DNA from: Saprospirales bacterium | Lineage (GTDB): Bacteria; Bacteroidota; Bacteroidia; Chitinophagales; Saprospiraceae | DNA: 64,000 nucleotides | Assembly: GCA_007695035.1 (NCBI GenBank) | Contig: REEO01000025.1 | Coordinates: 329 to 64,328, forward strand | Direction of reading: 5' to 3' | Shown here: positions 51,231 through 60,995 of the stretch, piece by piece | Layout: every line of letters begins with the position of its first letter | Numbering within the stretch: the stretch's first letter is position 1 | Program-made: the position numbers and the translations under genes | The notes under the pieces: generated by a model | What the model saw: the letters and a program-made list of their open reading frames with translations, nothing else | Database searches by the model: none | Told to the model about the DNA's origin: nothing

Positions 51231-51797
51231 TCAATCTTCTGAATTTAGTGTGTCCAGTACCCTTACCGCCTGTAAGACATGTCGCTGGTTGTGGTATATC
51301 ACAATGCGCAGGACATCTCCGAGTTTGAATTTTATAAGAGTGGAAACTGAAAGGGCGACCTTTATTTTGTTCAAATCGTGCTTCCGGGCTTTTCCCAGGA
51401 TAGTGAGCATTTCTTTTTGGTGATTTAAAAAACGCTTCAGGACATTTTCGGGCAGACCCGTTTTGGCCGGGTTTTTATCGCCGGGCGAACCGAGTTTCAT
51501 GCCCCGTTTTTTTGGCAGCATTGACTTTGCAAAAAAGTTGCCCACCATACCAGTTTTGAACTCATCGGAAGTGCGACCGGGACCTGCTTGTTCCATGGCC
51601 TTTGTGATGGCGGGGTGGTAGTAATCGGCAAAGAGGTTGAGGTGCTCGAGGCACTCTGCAATGCTCCATTTGTCGGGGGATGGTTTCATCAGCAAATCCT
51701 CCTCGGAAAGGGTTCCGAAATCCCTTTCGGTCGTCTTTATCATTTGCCTGGTGTCCGCCACCAGATCACTGAGGAGCTCATCTGAATTTATCCGCAT
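51231..51797 (-). CDS. DinB family protein
   Basis: WSIAECLEHL, HNQRH. Confidence 0.88.
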   Translation of the reverse strand: MRINSDELLSDLVADTRQMIKTTERDFGTLSEEDLLMKPSPDKWSIAECLEHLNLFADYYHPAITKAMEQAGPGRTSDEFKTGMVGNFFAKSMLPKKRGMKLGSPGDKNPAKTGLPENVLKRFLNHQKEMLTILGKARKHDLNKIKVALSVSTLIKFKLGDVLRIVIYHNQRHVLQAVRVLDTLNSED

Positions 51798-51857
51798 CGT
51801 GAGCCTTGTGGTTTATTTCATCCGGTTAATAAAACAGCTTCATCTTCCTTTTCGCCA

Positions 51858-53132
51858 TTAATCCAGGTACAGGTTGAATTCCACCCTTCTGTTGTTGGCC
51901 CTTCCCTGTGGCGTTTCATTGGTATCGATCGGCCTTGATTCACCGTAGCCGACAAAAGACATTCTGGCTGTGGAAACACCGCGTGAAGCCAGGTATTCGT
52001 AACAGGACCTCGCTCTTTGCTCACTGAGTCGCTGGTTGTTGGAGGCCGAGCCAATGTTGTCGGTATGGCCCGAGATCCTGAGATTGTACTCGGGATACTC
52101 CGACATGATATTGGCGACCTGATTGAGAATGTCGAAGGATTCGGGTCTGAGTGTGGCCCTGCCCAGGTCAAATCTTACATCGCGCATGGCAATTTCCAGT
52201 ATTTCCTGCACTTCTTCCGGGATATCAGAATCCACTTCTTCCACTTCCACTTCTTCTCCAGTAGGAGTTACGACTTCCACTTCTTCCTCCTCCTCTACTT
52301 CAACGGGTTCGGGTATTTCCTCTTCTTCGGGACATCCGTGGTTATCGGTCGGTCCGGCTTCATCGGGGCATCGGTCCAGGTGATCGGGTACACCGTCGCC
52401 ATCCCGATCACGCGCACCCAAAAATTCCGGTTTGCCCCCATGTTCCGGGTCCATGTCGTAAATATCGGGGATGCCATCCCCATCGGAGTCGGGGAGTTTT
52501 ACGGTTTCATCTTCTTCTAATTCAGGCAGGGGTTTGGGTTTTTCGGGTTCTCTGTCCGTGAGGTTGTAAATAAAACCAATGCCGAGCTGGTAGTTGTCCC
52601 TGTCGTCCTGTAGTCCAAAGCGGTAGCCGAGTTCGAGGTTGATATCCACCCGGTTGTTGACGCGGATATTGGTTCCAAGACCAGCGGGTACGGCAAGGTG
52701 AAAGTCATCGCCATCCATCAGAACGAAACCCATCCCGGTGACCAAATAGGGGTGCAGGTGTCCATCGAGATTCAGAGGTGAAAAATGCCCCTGTACATCG
52801 AGGGAAAAAACATTGATATTGTTTTGGGATTCCGGTAGGGTCACTGAGGCACCTCTTACCGGCACGGCCAAATCCAGCCAGTGATTTACAGGATAGCGGA
52901 TGCCGAGTTCAAATCCGCCGTTCCACTTTTGAAAGTCAAAGGGCTCGCTGTCAATGGGACCGTGGTAGTCCACCCACAATTTGCGCGCAATAATGCCGGG
53001 CACCATATCCCGCTCGACGCTCGATTCCTCCATTTCTTCCTCATTTTTTGGGCCATCTGCCTCTTGAGCTTTTATTTCTGCCGTACTCAGACACAATGCA
53101 AAGGCGACGAACAAGAACAATAGCTTTTCCAT
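51858..53132 (-). CDS. OmpA family protein (barrel, TSP3-like repeats, PG-binding domain)
   Basis: DSDGDGIPD repeats, GHTDNIG, LSEQRA, NRRVEF. Confidence 0.92.
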   Translation of the reverse strand: MEKLLFLFVAFALCLSTAEIKAQEADGPKNEEEMEESSVERDMVPGIIARKLWVDYHGPIDSEPFDFQKWNGGFELGIRYPVNHWLDLAVPVRGASVTLPESQNNINVFSLDVQGHFSPLNLDGHLHPYLVTGMGFVLMDGDDFHLAVPAGLGTNIRVNNRVDINLELGYRFGLQDDRDNYQLGIGFIYNLTDREPEKPKPLPELEEDETVKLPDSDGDGIPDIYDMDPEHGGKPEFLGARDRDGDGVPDHLDRCPDEAGPTDNHGCPEEEEIPEPVEVEEEEEVEVVTPTGEEVEVEEVDSDIPEEVQEILEIAMRDVRFDLGRATLRPESFDILNQVANIMSEYPEYNLRISGHTDNIGSASNNQRLSEQRARSCYEYLASRGVSTARMSFVGYGESRPIDTNETPQGRANNRRVEFNLYLD

Positions 53133-53360
53133 ATCTTATAATATTGAGGTTGTCCAATACAAATTTTGGTCCAAAGACGTGGTAAATATATGATTTTTTC
53201 TAATAGTAAAACTTCTTCTGGCCGTTTATCTCAATTTTCATTCCAGTGAGACACCTCAGGTATGAATACTGCGCTTGCCTTTCATTAGTTCTCTGAGCTT
53301 TTAAAGTGAACTGGTGAAAGGGGCACATTCTATTATTGGAACTTTGAAAACTCAAAGTTT

Positions 53361-53897
53361 TCAGAGATAATCGGTGTCTGAGTCCAACTCTTCAAAAAAT
53401 CCGGTTTTTTTATTTTTCCTTACATTGTTCCAATCAAAGCAGCGTCCGTTCATTGAAATATAGACACCCGGTGGTTTGCATTGTGCAAAGGCAATGGCAC
53501 TGCCGAGATTGAAAAAACCGTCCGATGAATTGCCAAAAGCATAGGGAATCATGGCCCCGGTAAGCACAATGGTCTTGCCCTCAATTTCTGCATTGGCCAG
53601 GAACTTTGCAGTTTGTACTATTTTGTCTGTGCCGTGGGTAATGAGTATGTGGTCAGCCATTGCACGCTTACAATTGAGCAATATAATCTCCCGGTCCACA
53701 TCGGTCATCTCCAGACTGTCGATCATCATCAGGGTTTTTACATTGGTGAGCAATGTGCTGCGACCGCGTCTAAACATGCCCGGCAAATGGGTGTCGCTGA
53801 AATAGAGCTCTCCCGTGATGTAATTGTAGTCCTTGTCAAAGGTTCCTCCTGTGACAAAAACCTGGATTCCCTGGTCGTTTTTTTTGTATATGGACAT
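53361..53897 (-). CDS. short-chain L-asparaginase (N-terminal domain only)
   Basis: TGGTFDK, THGTD, LTGAMIP. Confidence 0.88.
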   Translation of the reverse strand: MSIYKKNDQGIQVFVTGGTFDKDYNYITGELYFSDTHLPGMFRRGRSTLLTNVKTLMMIDSLEMTDVDREIILLNCKRAMADHILITHGTDKIVQTAKFLANAEIEGKTIVLTGAMIPYAFGNSSDGFFNLGSAIAFAQCKPPGVYISMNGRCFDWNNVRKNKKTGFFEELDSDTDYL

Positions 53898-53930
53898 AGA
53901 TTGATTTGGATGAAATTTTTGTTTCCGGCC

Positions 53931-56732
53931 TTACCTGCTGATTATTATCGTTTCCTGAAAGTTATCCCCGCAGACATTAAATGACAACTTGTACAGGCCT
54001 GGACTGAGGTGGTTTATGTCCACTTTTTGTCGATCGCGGTCCAGATTTTGATGCTCAAAAACGGTTCTTCCGGAGATGTCTAGTAAGCTCCAGGATATCT
54101 GATCGCAAATTTCAGGCCCATTCAGTTTGATGTAAAAAGTCTCTCCGGCCGGGTTGGGGAAGACCATTATGTCAAAATCTTCGCGGGTAAAGGTCAGGGT
54201 GGAGGTGACCTCGTCCACTGTGACGGTGACCTCTTCCCTTTCACTCTCTGCTCCTTCATTGTCCGTGGCCACAGCCCGCAAGACAAAAGTGCCGGCCTCC
54301 TCTATTTCCAGATCAAATTCGTAGGGAACTCTGTCAAAATTGGCCACGGAAATTCCATTTATTGCGAGGGCCACACTGTTGATAAAGCCATCCGGGTCTT
54401 CTGCCCTGATTGAAATGGGAAGATTAACAGGAAAATCTGATTCAAAAAGGGTATCGCTGACCGGATTGGAAAACTCAACCAATGGTGGTTGGTTCTCCAG
54501 AGCAGCATCTTTTATAAAAATGCGGTCCAGGTAGAGGAAATTACCCCATCCACCCCGGTTTGTAAAGGTCAATCTGATGTTTTCACTGGCCATTTCTGAT
54601 AAATCGGCCTCGATGTGCGTCCACTCCGAACAGTTTTCAGGGATAAAAGGATTTTCCCCGGTTGGAGGTGAAGTGGCAAGTTCCAGTCCGCTTGCGTTAA
54701 ACAGCAAACTGGTTTCCCCGTCGCAGGTCTCAGCCATTACTTCGAGTCCGTCTCCAAAATCTTCACTAAAAGGGGCGTATGCGTAACTGAAGTACAGTCT
54801 CGGTTCTTCCATTTCTGTCAGGTCGAAGTCTGCGATCAGGCTGGTGTTAATTCCGCGATTGTCATTGTTGAAGTTATCCACTCTTATCGCCCTGTCATTA
54901 CCGCAATTGGATCCTTCAAAGACCGTCCACTCGAAATCCCTGTTGTCATTGCTTACACGATTGCTCCAGAGGTCCAGATCAAGTCCTCCGGCAAAATCCT
55001 CCGGGAACGGAATGTCCCCACCCTCGGAAATGTGGACGAAGTTTTCCATCCAAATGCTGTCGCTTCCCAAGTGATTTTCCACTACCAGCAATACATCATA
55101 AGTTCCCGGCTGGTCGTAGCGCACGATGGGATTGGGCAGGTCTGAGGATTCGGGTATTCCCCCGTCAAAAAACCATTGCCTTTCAATGACTCCTCCTTTC
55201 GAGCGGTCCAGAAACCGGATTGAAGAGCCCGGACAGGGATCGTCAATATTGCTGCTAAAATTGGCCGTTGGAGCGGATTCCGGCTCGATTACCTCGTAGC
55301 CAAAATAACCCTCCGGGGCGACGATGGGCCTTTTTTGCTGTTTGCCCGACATGGATACAGCCCTGATGTAATACTGCACCTCCGATCCGAATTCCATGGC
55401 CGGCAGATGGGCCGCATACCAGTCCTCTTGTCCGGGTTCCATTGGTATTTCAATGTATTCAGTGTCTTGCGAGGTTTTGTAGTGCAGATGGACACTTTCA
55501 ATCCCATCCCTGTGCTTGACTTTGGCGCGCACTTCCGGGCTGATGGTTTCATCGTACTGGTCGCGTACCCTGGGATGAGCAATCCAAAGGGGGTCTTCCA
55601 CACCCACTGTTTTGGTGATACAGTGAAGGGCGCCAAAGGAATTGATCATGGCATTGCAATCAATTCCCACCACATTGTATCCTGGCAAACTTTCTTCATA
55701 GATTCTCAATCCAATGGTGTCGTATTGTTCTTCATAAATCGGAACCACTATGGTGCCGTTCAGGAAAATTGAGTTTGTGAAAGTGCGGTATGGGCCTCCC
55801 TGGTCAGGATAATTTCCCTGAGGTCCAGGTGGCATTGGTATTCGGATGATTTCATATGGGTTGCCGAATGATGACGAATGGTTGTTCAAAAAGTACTCAA
55901 TGTTCTCCTCGATTTGGGGGCCGTCAGCTACAGCCTCCGGGTATTCACCCACGATGAGCGTCTCTTCATCAATAAAGCGAATGTGCATATCCAGATGGCT
56001 GATGCCGTCAAATGGCAATTCTGTCATTTTTATATATTCCTCATATCCAAAAAGGCGGGAAGCTATGTAGTCAATTTCCTGTTCCGTCTTTCCGGGATTC
56101 TCACGCAAAACAATTTCAGAAGAATACCCCTTTTGGTATCCGTCCACCAGGTTGTTTCCCCCGGTGTGGACCAGATCGTATGGCTCATTCACCGCCGCAT
56201 ACCACGGGACATCAAAAAGTTCAGCTACCCGACCGGGAACAGCATCGTCATGAGGTCTCGGGCGGTTGTAAATAAAGTCCGAAATGGCGAGTTGTTCCAC
56301 ATCGTTTTCGTAAACCGCCCATGGACCGTAGTCTCTGATCCATACCGTATTGCTCGGCCAGTCCAGAAAATGCACATTGTTCAGATCAATACCGGCATCC
56401 ATCAAGGTATTGCGAACCGATGGTTCATTTTCGGTGATGATATACACCTCTACCTCCTCCACCGCATATTCGACCAACTGGGTGAGAATTTGCGGATAGG
56501 AGCGCCATGTGATAAAAAGGGCCTGGATTTCTTCCCATTCACCCATTACCCGTACCGGAGTTTCAGGCAAATCCCCGGCACTGCGCTTTGACCTGAGCTC
56601 ATTGAGGTATTCGGGCCAGATTATCTTTTCCTCCGGGGTCATATACCGAGGAAGGTCCGTTTCCTGCGCATTGATCACACCCAATCCCGCTACAAAAAAA
56701 CTGACTGCAATAAGGTAGATGTATGATTTCAT
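53931..56732 (-). CDS. secreted agmatine/peptidylarginine deiminase with PKD, Ig-like and T9SS domains
   Basis: WIRDYGP, GGN, HLD, GALHCIT; WFFDGG PKD; VFPNPA...GLYKL CTD. Confidence 0.9.
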   Translation of the reverse strand: MKSYIYLIAVSFFVAGLGVINAQETDLPRYMTPEEKIIWPEYLNELRSKRSAGDLPETPVRVMGEWEEIQALFITWRSYPQILTQLVEYAVEEVEVYIITENEPSVRNTLMDAGIDLNNVHFLDWPSNTVWIRDYGPWAVYENDVEQLAISDFIYNRPRPHDDAVPGRVAELFDVPWYAAVNEPYDLVHTGGNNLVDGYQKGYSSEIVLRENPGKTEQEIDYIASRLFGYEEYIKMTELPFDGISHLDMHIRFIDEETLIVGEYPEAVADGPQIEENIEYFLNNHSSSFGNPYEIIRIPMPPGPQGNYPDQGGPYRTFTNSIFLNGTIVVPIYEEQYDTIGLRIYEESLPGYNVVGIDCNAMINSFGALHCITKTVGVEDPLWIAHPRVRDQYDETISPEVRAKVKHRDGIESVHLHYKTSQDTEYIEIPMEPGQEDWYAAHLPAMEFGSEVQYYIRAVSMSGKQQKRPIVAPEGYFGYEVIEPESAPTANFSSNIDDPCPGSSIRFLDRSKGGVIERQWFFDGGIPESSDLPNPIVRYDQPGTYDVLLVVENHLGSDSIWMENFVHISEGGDIPFPEDFAGGLDLDLWSNRVSNDNRDFEWTVFEGSNCGNDRAIRVDNFNNDNRGINTSLIADFDLTEMEEPRLYFSYAYAPFSEDFGDGLEVMAETCDGETSLLFNASGLELATSPPTGENPFIPENCSEWTHIEADLSEMASENIRLTFTNRGGWGNFLYLDRIFIKDAALENQPPLVEFSNPVSDTLFESDFPVNLPISIRAEDPDGFINSVALAINGISVANFDRVPYEFDLEIEEAGTFVLRAVATDNEGAESEREEVTVTVDEVTSTLTFTREDFDIMVFPNPAGETFYIKLNGPEICDQISWSLLDISGRTVFEHQNLDRDRQKVDINHLSPGLYKLSFNVCGDNFQETIIISR

Positions 56733-57322
56733 GTCCTAAATTTTTTGAAAAGTCCAAAGTTAAGGATTAGTTTTCAAATGTTTTGCCCTTATCTTTTTCG
56801 AGAAGGGAATTGGTGAGTGTGAGGTCCATCATCCCAATGGATTGAGGCAAACCTGGGTGCCACATGAAAGGTTGAAACCAATATTTCAGTCTTTAACTTT
56901 CTCGAGAGAATTGATCCGGGAATTGGTAGAAGCTGGTCGATGAAAGGTGGTGGTAAAAGCCATCAATGTGTTAATGACTTTTCTGGTGCTGTCTTTTTTT
57001 AGTTTGCAACGCGATCAAAACAACCATTAAATAGGCTGACAGAACCCATTTACTTCTTTCCCAATTGTCATTATGTGACCATTCCCCTGGTATTTGCATT
57101 TAAAAATGTTAAAGGCATAAAAAATGTGTTAAAAAATTGGTTTTTCAAAAAAGTGTTCGTATCATTACTTTTCGATGGATATAGTCGCCTTAAACATACC
57201 TGATGGGTGGACGTTGCCAGCAATTTAATTGTCATCTTGAATTATTAATAATCTGTAGAATACGGATATCTGAGTCTTTCAAAAGACGCGATGTTTTACA
57301 GTGATTAGGTCTTAGGTCTTAG

Positions 57323-57500
57323 AGTGCAACTCCGAGCTGGATTGTTATTCCGGTATTACTTACACTGAATTCGATGGCCATGCAAGGACAGGATTGCATT
57401 GATATCCGGGACATCGAAATTGAGCTGGCCACCATTGTGGATAAATGCTCATGCACGGACCCTTTAATTCTGGGGGAACCCGGTAAGACCACGCACATTA
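57323..57500 (+). pseudogene. possible N-terminal fragment of a secreted protein
   Basis: Frame reads SWIVIPVLLTLNSMAMQGQDCID...CSCTDPLILGEPG (signal-peptide-like) after an in-frame TAG at 57320. Confidence 0.35.
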
Positions 57501-57712
57501 GCACCTATCAATTCAATATCCTTCTCCTCAGTTTCCAGGAGGAATTGACCTTGTTCATTGGTGTAAGTTCCGATGGATAGTTCAGCATTATAGACCAGGG
57601 CCAGGTAAAGTGGCTGACCCTCCTGACAGACCACTTTGCCTTCGATCAAGCTGGATTGTCCGGGAAGGGTGGTTGCGCATACGATAAGAAAAAACAGATA
57701 TAAGACTCTCAT
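57464..57712 (-). pseudogene. truncated CarboxypepD_reg-like domain protein
   Basis: Signal peptide plus IEGKV...GTYTNEQGQFLL; stops inside the domain. Confidence 0.75.
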
Positions 57713-57794
57713 TCAATTAAAGGTCTTGTTTACAGGGTCGAAATAATGGACATCAAAGGATGAAGGACCCAACCTCCAAATTTAGGGAATTTTA

Positions 57795-57980
57795 TTAAGG
57801 TTTCGATACAGTCGCAGAGACTTTGATCATAGGGACCACATTTTTACTAAATGTTGCCCTCTCCGGGGGAAATTCCCTCATCAGAACTTGAATATGCTTT
57901 ATTGTCCGACCCCATCATGGACTTCCATCTACTTGATCTATTTTCAAAATCGCATAAAGGCAAGGTGGACAACGGTCATT
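57795..57980 (-). pseudogene. frameshifted C-terminal remnant of a paralog of 58190-59062
   Basis: ...AYSSSDEGIS / ERATFSKNVVPMIKVSATVSKP* resembles the intact end WPSVPLIRVEAII. Confidence 0.4.
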
Positions 57981-58189
57981 GATGCGGTTTTCACCAGGTG
58001 AAAAAGCGTTGGACTCATAAATGATGCAGCGATTTCAACCACACCAATTTATCTCCTCAAGTGGAAAACCGTACAATCATTTTGAATTGTCAGTTTGTAT
58101 TAATTAGATTCTGAAATCTCACTGAATCGAGTGTAAACCTGGGATGACCATTATCCCGGCCAAATCTGTGCCCACCACTATGCGAAATA

Positions 58190-59062
58190 CTAATCCCGGG
58201 TATCGATGATTGCTTCAACCCGAATTAAAGGGACACTGGGCCAGGATTGGTTTCTCCATAGACCTTGATTTGTCTTCAACCAGAAACCAACCTCTGACCT
58301 TTCCCTGCGTCGGACTTTTGTAAACCCCAAATCAAATGCATTTCCGTATCTTTCAGACTTTATATCACTTTCGTCATACCTTCTCTGAATAAATTCAACA
58401 GCTACCAAAAAGTCTGTACCGGGTAAGGGAACATGGAACTCATTTAGGTCTATATCGTACCAGCCCGTTTCCTGGGGTCTCAATACCACCAATGACCTTA
58501 ACAAATCACTTCCCGGCTCACCTTCACTGTTTATTTCAAATATCCGCAATCGCAAAAGCTGATAATTCGTCCGAATACCGACTTCAGTAAAATATACAGA
58601 CACAGAGGAGATGACTCCGGAATTTTGATTTCTAAGCATGGTGCCTATTGTTAGCGATCCACCTACCCGAGGGCCAAATGAGAAAATGGAAAAGGATCGA
58701 AGCCTCCTTTTATCCAGGCCAAATATTTTAGATTCCGGATGCTTATCAGATATAAGAACTTCAGGCAGTTCATATGTCTTTGGGATCAGGCCAATCCCCC
58801 AAAAATCGGTATCATCTCCATTGCTTATACCAATGGTTGTATCTCTGTATCCCAACGCTCTAAGGACAAAAGACCCTCCATTTTCAGGTAGAGCAAAAAG
58901 ACCATCTCTATCTGTAATGGATACTATTTCACCCTCCTCACTTGTTAGAACCACGCCATAAAGTGGATTTCCGGTTTTTTGATCGAAAACCTTACCGGAA
59001 ATCTGACTCACTGCATTGAAGGTTACAGTTAGTGAAAGCAATATGGTGAAAAGTATCTGCAT
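58190..59062 (-). CDS. secreted CarboxypepD_reg-like domain protein
   Basis: Signal peptide, ISGKVFDQKTGNPL, TDRDGLF, ALGY, LPEVLI; PGSDLL and FLVAVEF in the C-terminal domain. Confidence 0.85.
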   Translation of the reverse strand: MQILFTILLSLTVTFNAVSQISGKVFDQKTGNPLYGVVLTSEEGEIVSITDRDGLFALPENGGSFVLRALGYRDTTIGISNGDDTDFWGIGLIPKTYELPEVLISDKHPESKIFGLDKRRLRSFSIFSFGPRVGGSLTIGTMLRNQNSGVISSVSVYFTEVGIRTNYQLLRLRIFEINSEGEPGSDLLRSLVVLRPQETGWYDIDLNEFHVPLPGTDFLVAVEFIQRRYDESDIKSERYGNAFDLGFTKVRRRERSEVGFWLKTNQGLWRNQSWPSVPLIRVEAIIDTRD

Positions 59063-59075
59063 ATAGATAATTTAA

Positions 59076-59663
59076 TTATGTAGGGCAAGGAAAAGGATCG
59101 CTAAAAGAAACACTCGGTCCAAAATTTATCCAAAATCGATATCTATTTTCGCATAAGGTCATATGCACGCATTCTCCATCTGAAACGCCACCCACTAAAC
59201 TAGTTTCACAATCATCTCCCCAAAATGGCCTTCCAAATAATTCCTGCAAATCACCTGCGTCCGCATTGACCATGTTTTCTATATCCTCCTGAGAGTAGGA
59301 TTCCAACAATAGGTCTTCGTAGTGAGCGGTTTGAACAATAGTACTTTCCAATTGGACAACATCTATCAGGCCGGAACTATCCAGTATTTCAAAAGCGGAT
59401 GAACTGGATATAGTATCGAAAGTTTCTAACAATAATGCCAACTCTCCCTCAGAGGCCTCATTGCCACTGTAAAACATATCTGCCAGATGGATTAGGTACA
59501 ACCTAAACGAGTCAACAGGGGACGATGATCTGTACTCTGACTCTGAGGTCTGATACTCAATTGGGTCAATCTGATCATTCAGTTGAATTGAATCCTTTTC
59601 ACAAGAAACAAATAAAACGCCCATAAGCAAACAAACGATGGGGAATAATAATATTTTTTTCAT
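59076..59663 (-). CDS. lipoprotein with Cys-rich C-terminal module
   Basis: MKK-hydrophobic-FVSC lipobox followed by EKDS; tail with 4 Cys. Confidence 0.85.
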   Translation of the reverse strand: MKKILLFPIVCLLMGVLFVSCEKDSIQLNDQIDPIEYQTSESEYRSSSPVDSFRLYLIHLADMFYSGNEASEGELALLLETFDTISSSSAFEILDSSGLIDVVQLESTIVQTAHYEDLLLESYSQEDIENMVNADAGDLQELFGRPFWGDDCETSLVGGVSDGECVHMTLCENRYRFWINFGPSVSFSDPFPCPT

Positions 59664-59910
59664 GATTTTAAAAATTTAAATGTTTAGAAATAAAATGAGG
59701 TAGCCCTGCACCTAAAAGGGAAACCTTTTAGGGTGTGCCAAATCTTGATGCGACCTGTTAAGATTCGCAGTTAAAGCAAGGTTTTAAATGTCTAAGCCCG
59801 GAGGGACTGATGTGCCGGCAAAATGCCTGTTGTACCTGGATTTTAGGTGAGAGTCAATTCCAAATATGGGAAAGCAGTTTAAATGGTGCACCTTCCACGA
59901 ATGGTTAATA

Positions 59911-60084
59911 TCACCCCTTGAAAACCAGGGCCCGGGGTAGTTGAATAAGTGCCTGGAGCACAAACTTTGGAAACTGTTTTAAAAACCCCCTCACCCAAAA
60001 CATTCTGGAGGGACAAAAGAATGACCATCCATGTGTTTCATTGAGGGAGACTGCTCTTTTACTATGTAGCAAATGGGCGCTCAT
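59911..60084 (-). CDS. possible 57-aa ORF (MSAHLLHSKR...)
   Basis: ATG preceded by A-rich aataacaaacccaataaccaatt; no family recognised. Confidence 0.25.
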   Translation of the reverse strand: MSAHLLHSKRAVSLNETHGWSFFCPSRMFWVRGFLKQFPKFVLQALIQLPRALVFKG

Positions 60085-60241
60085 AATTGGTTATTGGGTT
60101 TGTTATTGCGCTCAATGTAGAGCGAATTGTTTAGAAATTTCTTACCGGTCCGGGGTATTTTTTACATATACTTAGATATATATATAGAAAACCAAATAGT
60201 TATGAATTGATTTTTTGGAAAAATATTTTTCAGTCAATCCT

Positions 60242-60339
60242 TATACCCTTTCGGGTTTGAAATATCAAATTCTTGCAACATTATACCCGATAGGGTGCAA
60301 TATCAATAAAATTACTATCTTTGTACCCGAACGGGCTAA
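60242..60339 (+). promoter_or_regulatory. three TATACCC-N4-GGGTATA-like operators plus TATCTTTG promoter
   Basis: Sites start at 60242, 60282 and 60322; the -7 element at 60316-60323 overlaps the third. Confidence 0.8.
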
Positions 60340-60351
60340 ATATTTCGAACT

Positions 60352-60603
60352 ATGCATTCAACAAATCCGGGATATCCCCCACTTTCTGTAAGCAGTTTTG
60401 TAAAGAAAAAGCGGAAGGAATTTGGTTTAACCCAAAGGGATCTGGCAGATAAGGCCGGAGTGGGGCTGAGATTTGTTCGCGAACTGGAGCGGGACAAGCC
60501 CTCGCTGCAAATGAATAAAGTCAACCAGGTGTTGATGCTCTTCGGACGTGAACTCGGCCCGGTGCCACTGGACCGCAAAAAACTGATCAATGAGGAGGGC
60601 TAG
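60352..60603 (+). CDS. HipB/y4mF-like XRE helix-turn-helix protein
   Basis: FVKKKRKEFGLTQRDLADKAGVGLRFVRELE...KVNQVLMLFG. Confidence 0.88.
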   Translation: MHSTNPGYPPLSVSSFVKKKRKEFGLTQRDLADKAGVGLRFVRELERDKPSLQMNKVNQVLMLFGRELGPVPLDRKKLINEEG

Positions 60604-60676
60604 TGTATGTAGGAATGATGGCCGGTGTCAATTTAGGCGTATACTTTTCTCAAACCCATTAAAAACAGTTCTATGA
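60590..60676 (+). pseudogene. relic start of a HipA N-terminal/HipS-like gene
   Basis: Overlapping ATG reads MRRASVCRNDG then unrelated sequence, 28 codons. Confidence 0.5.
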
Positions 60677-60975
60677 GCAGAAGAAAATTTGTACTCAGTT
60701 TTGAATTTGTCTGGTTGATGTTTTGGGCCAGCGTCTTTCTAATGTTGTTGTCGGGACTGGGAAAGGCCTTTGTTTGGGAAACGTCCGATATTTTTCTCAT
60801 CCTGGCCCCTGTGTTTTTCTTCCCGGTATGGGTCATATTGCTGCACGAGATCGCAGTGATGAGATCCAATAACCGCATTTTTTGGCTGGTTGTGATGCTC
60901 ATTACTCCACCTTTGGCCGCCCTGGCCTATCTGCTGCAACGGGAGCGTTTAATTCGATTGCCGTTTTTGAAGTGA
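60673..60975 (+). CDS. small membrane protein (PLDc_N-like C-terminus)
   Basis: Three hydrophobic segments, RIFWLVVMLITPPLAALAYL. Confidence 0.75.
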   Translation: MSRRKFVLSFEFVWLMFWASVFLMLLSGLGKAFVWETSDIFLILAPVFFFPVWVILLHEIAVMRSNNRIFWLVVMLITPPLAALAYLLQRERLIRLPFLK

Positions 60976-60995
60976 ATTAGATAAATCAATAGCAT

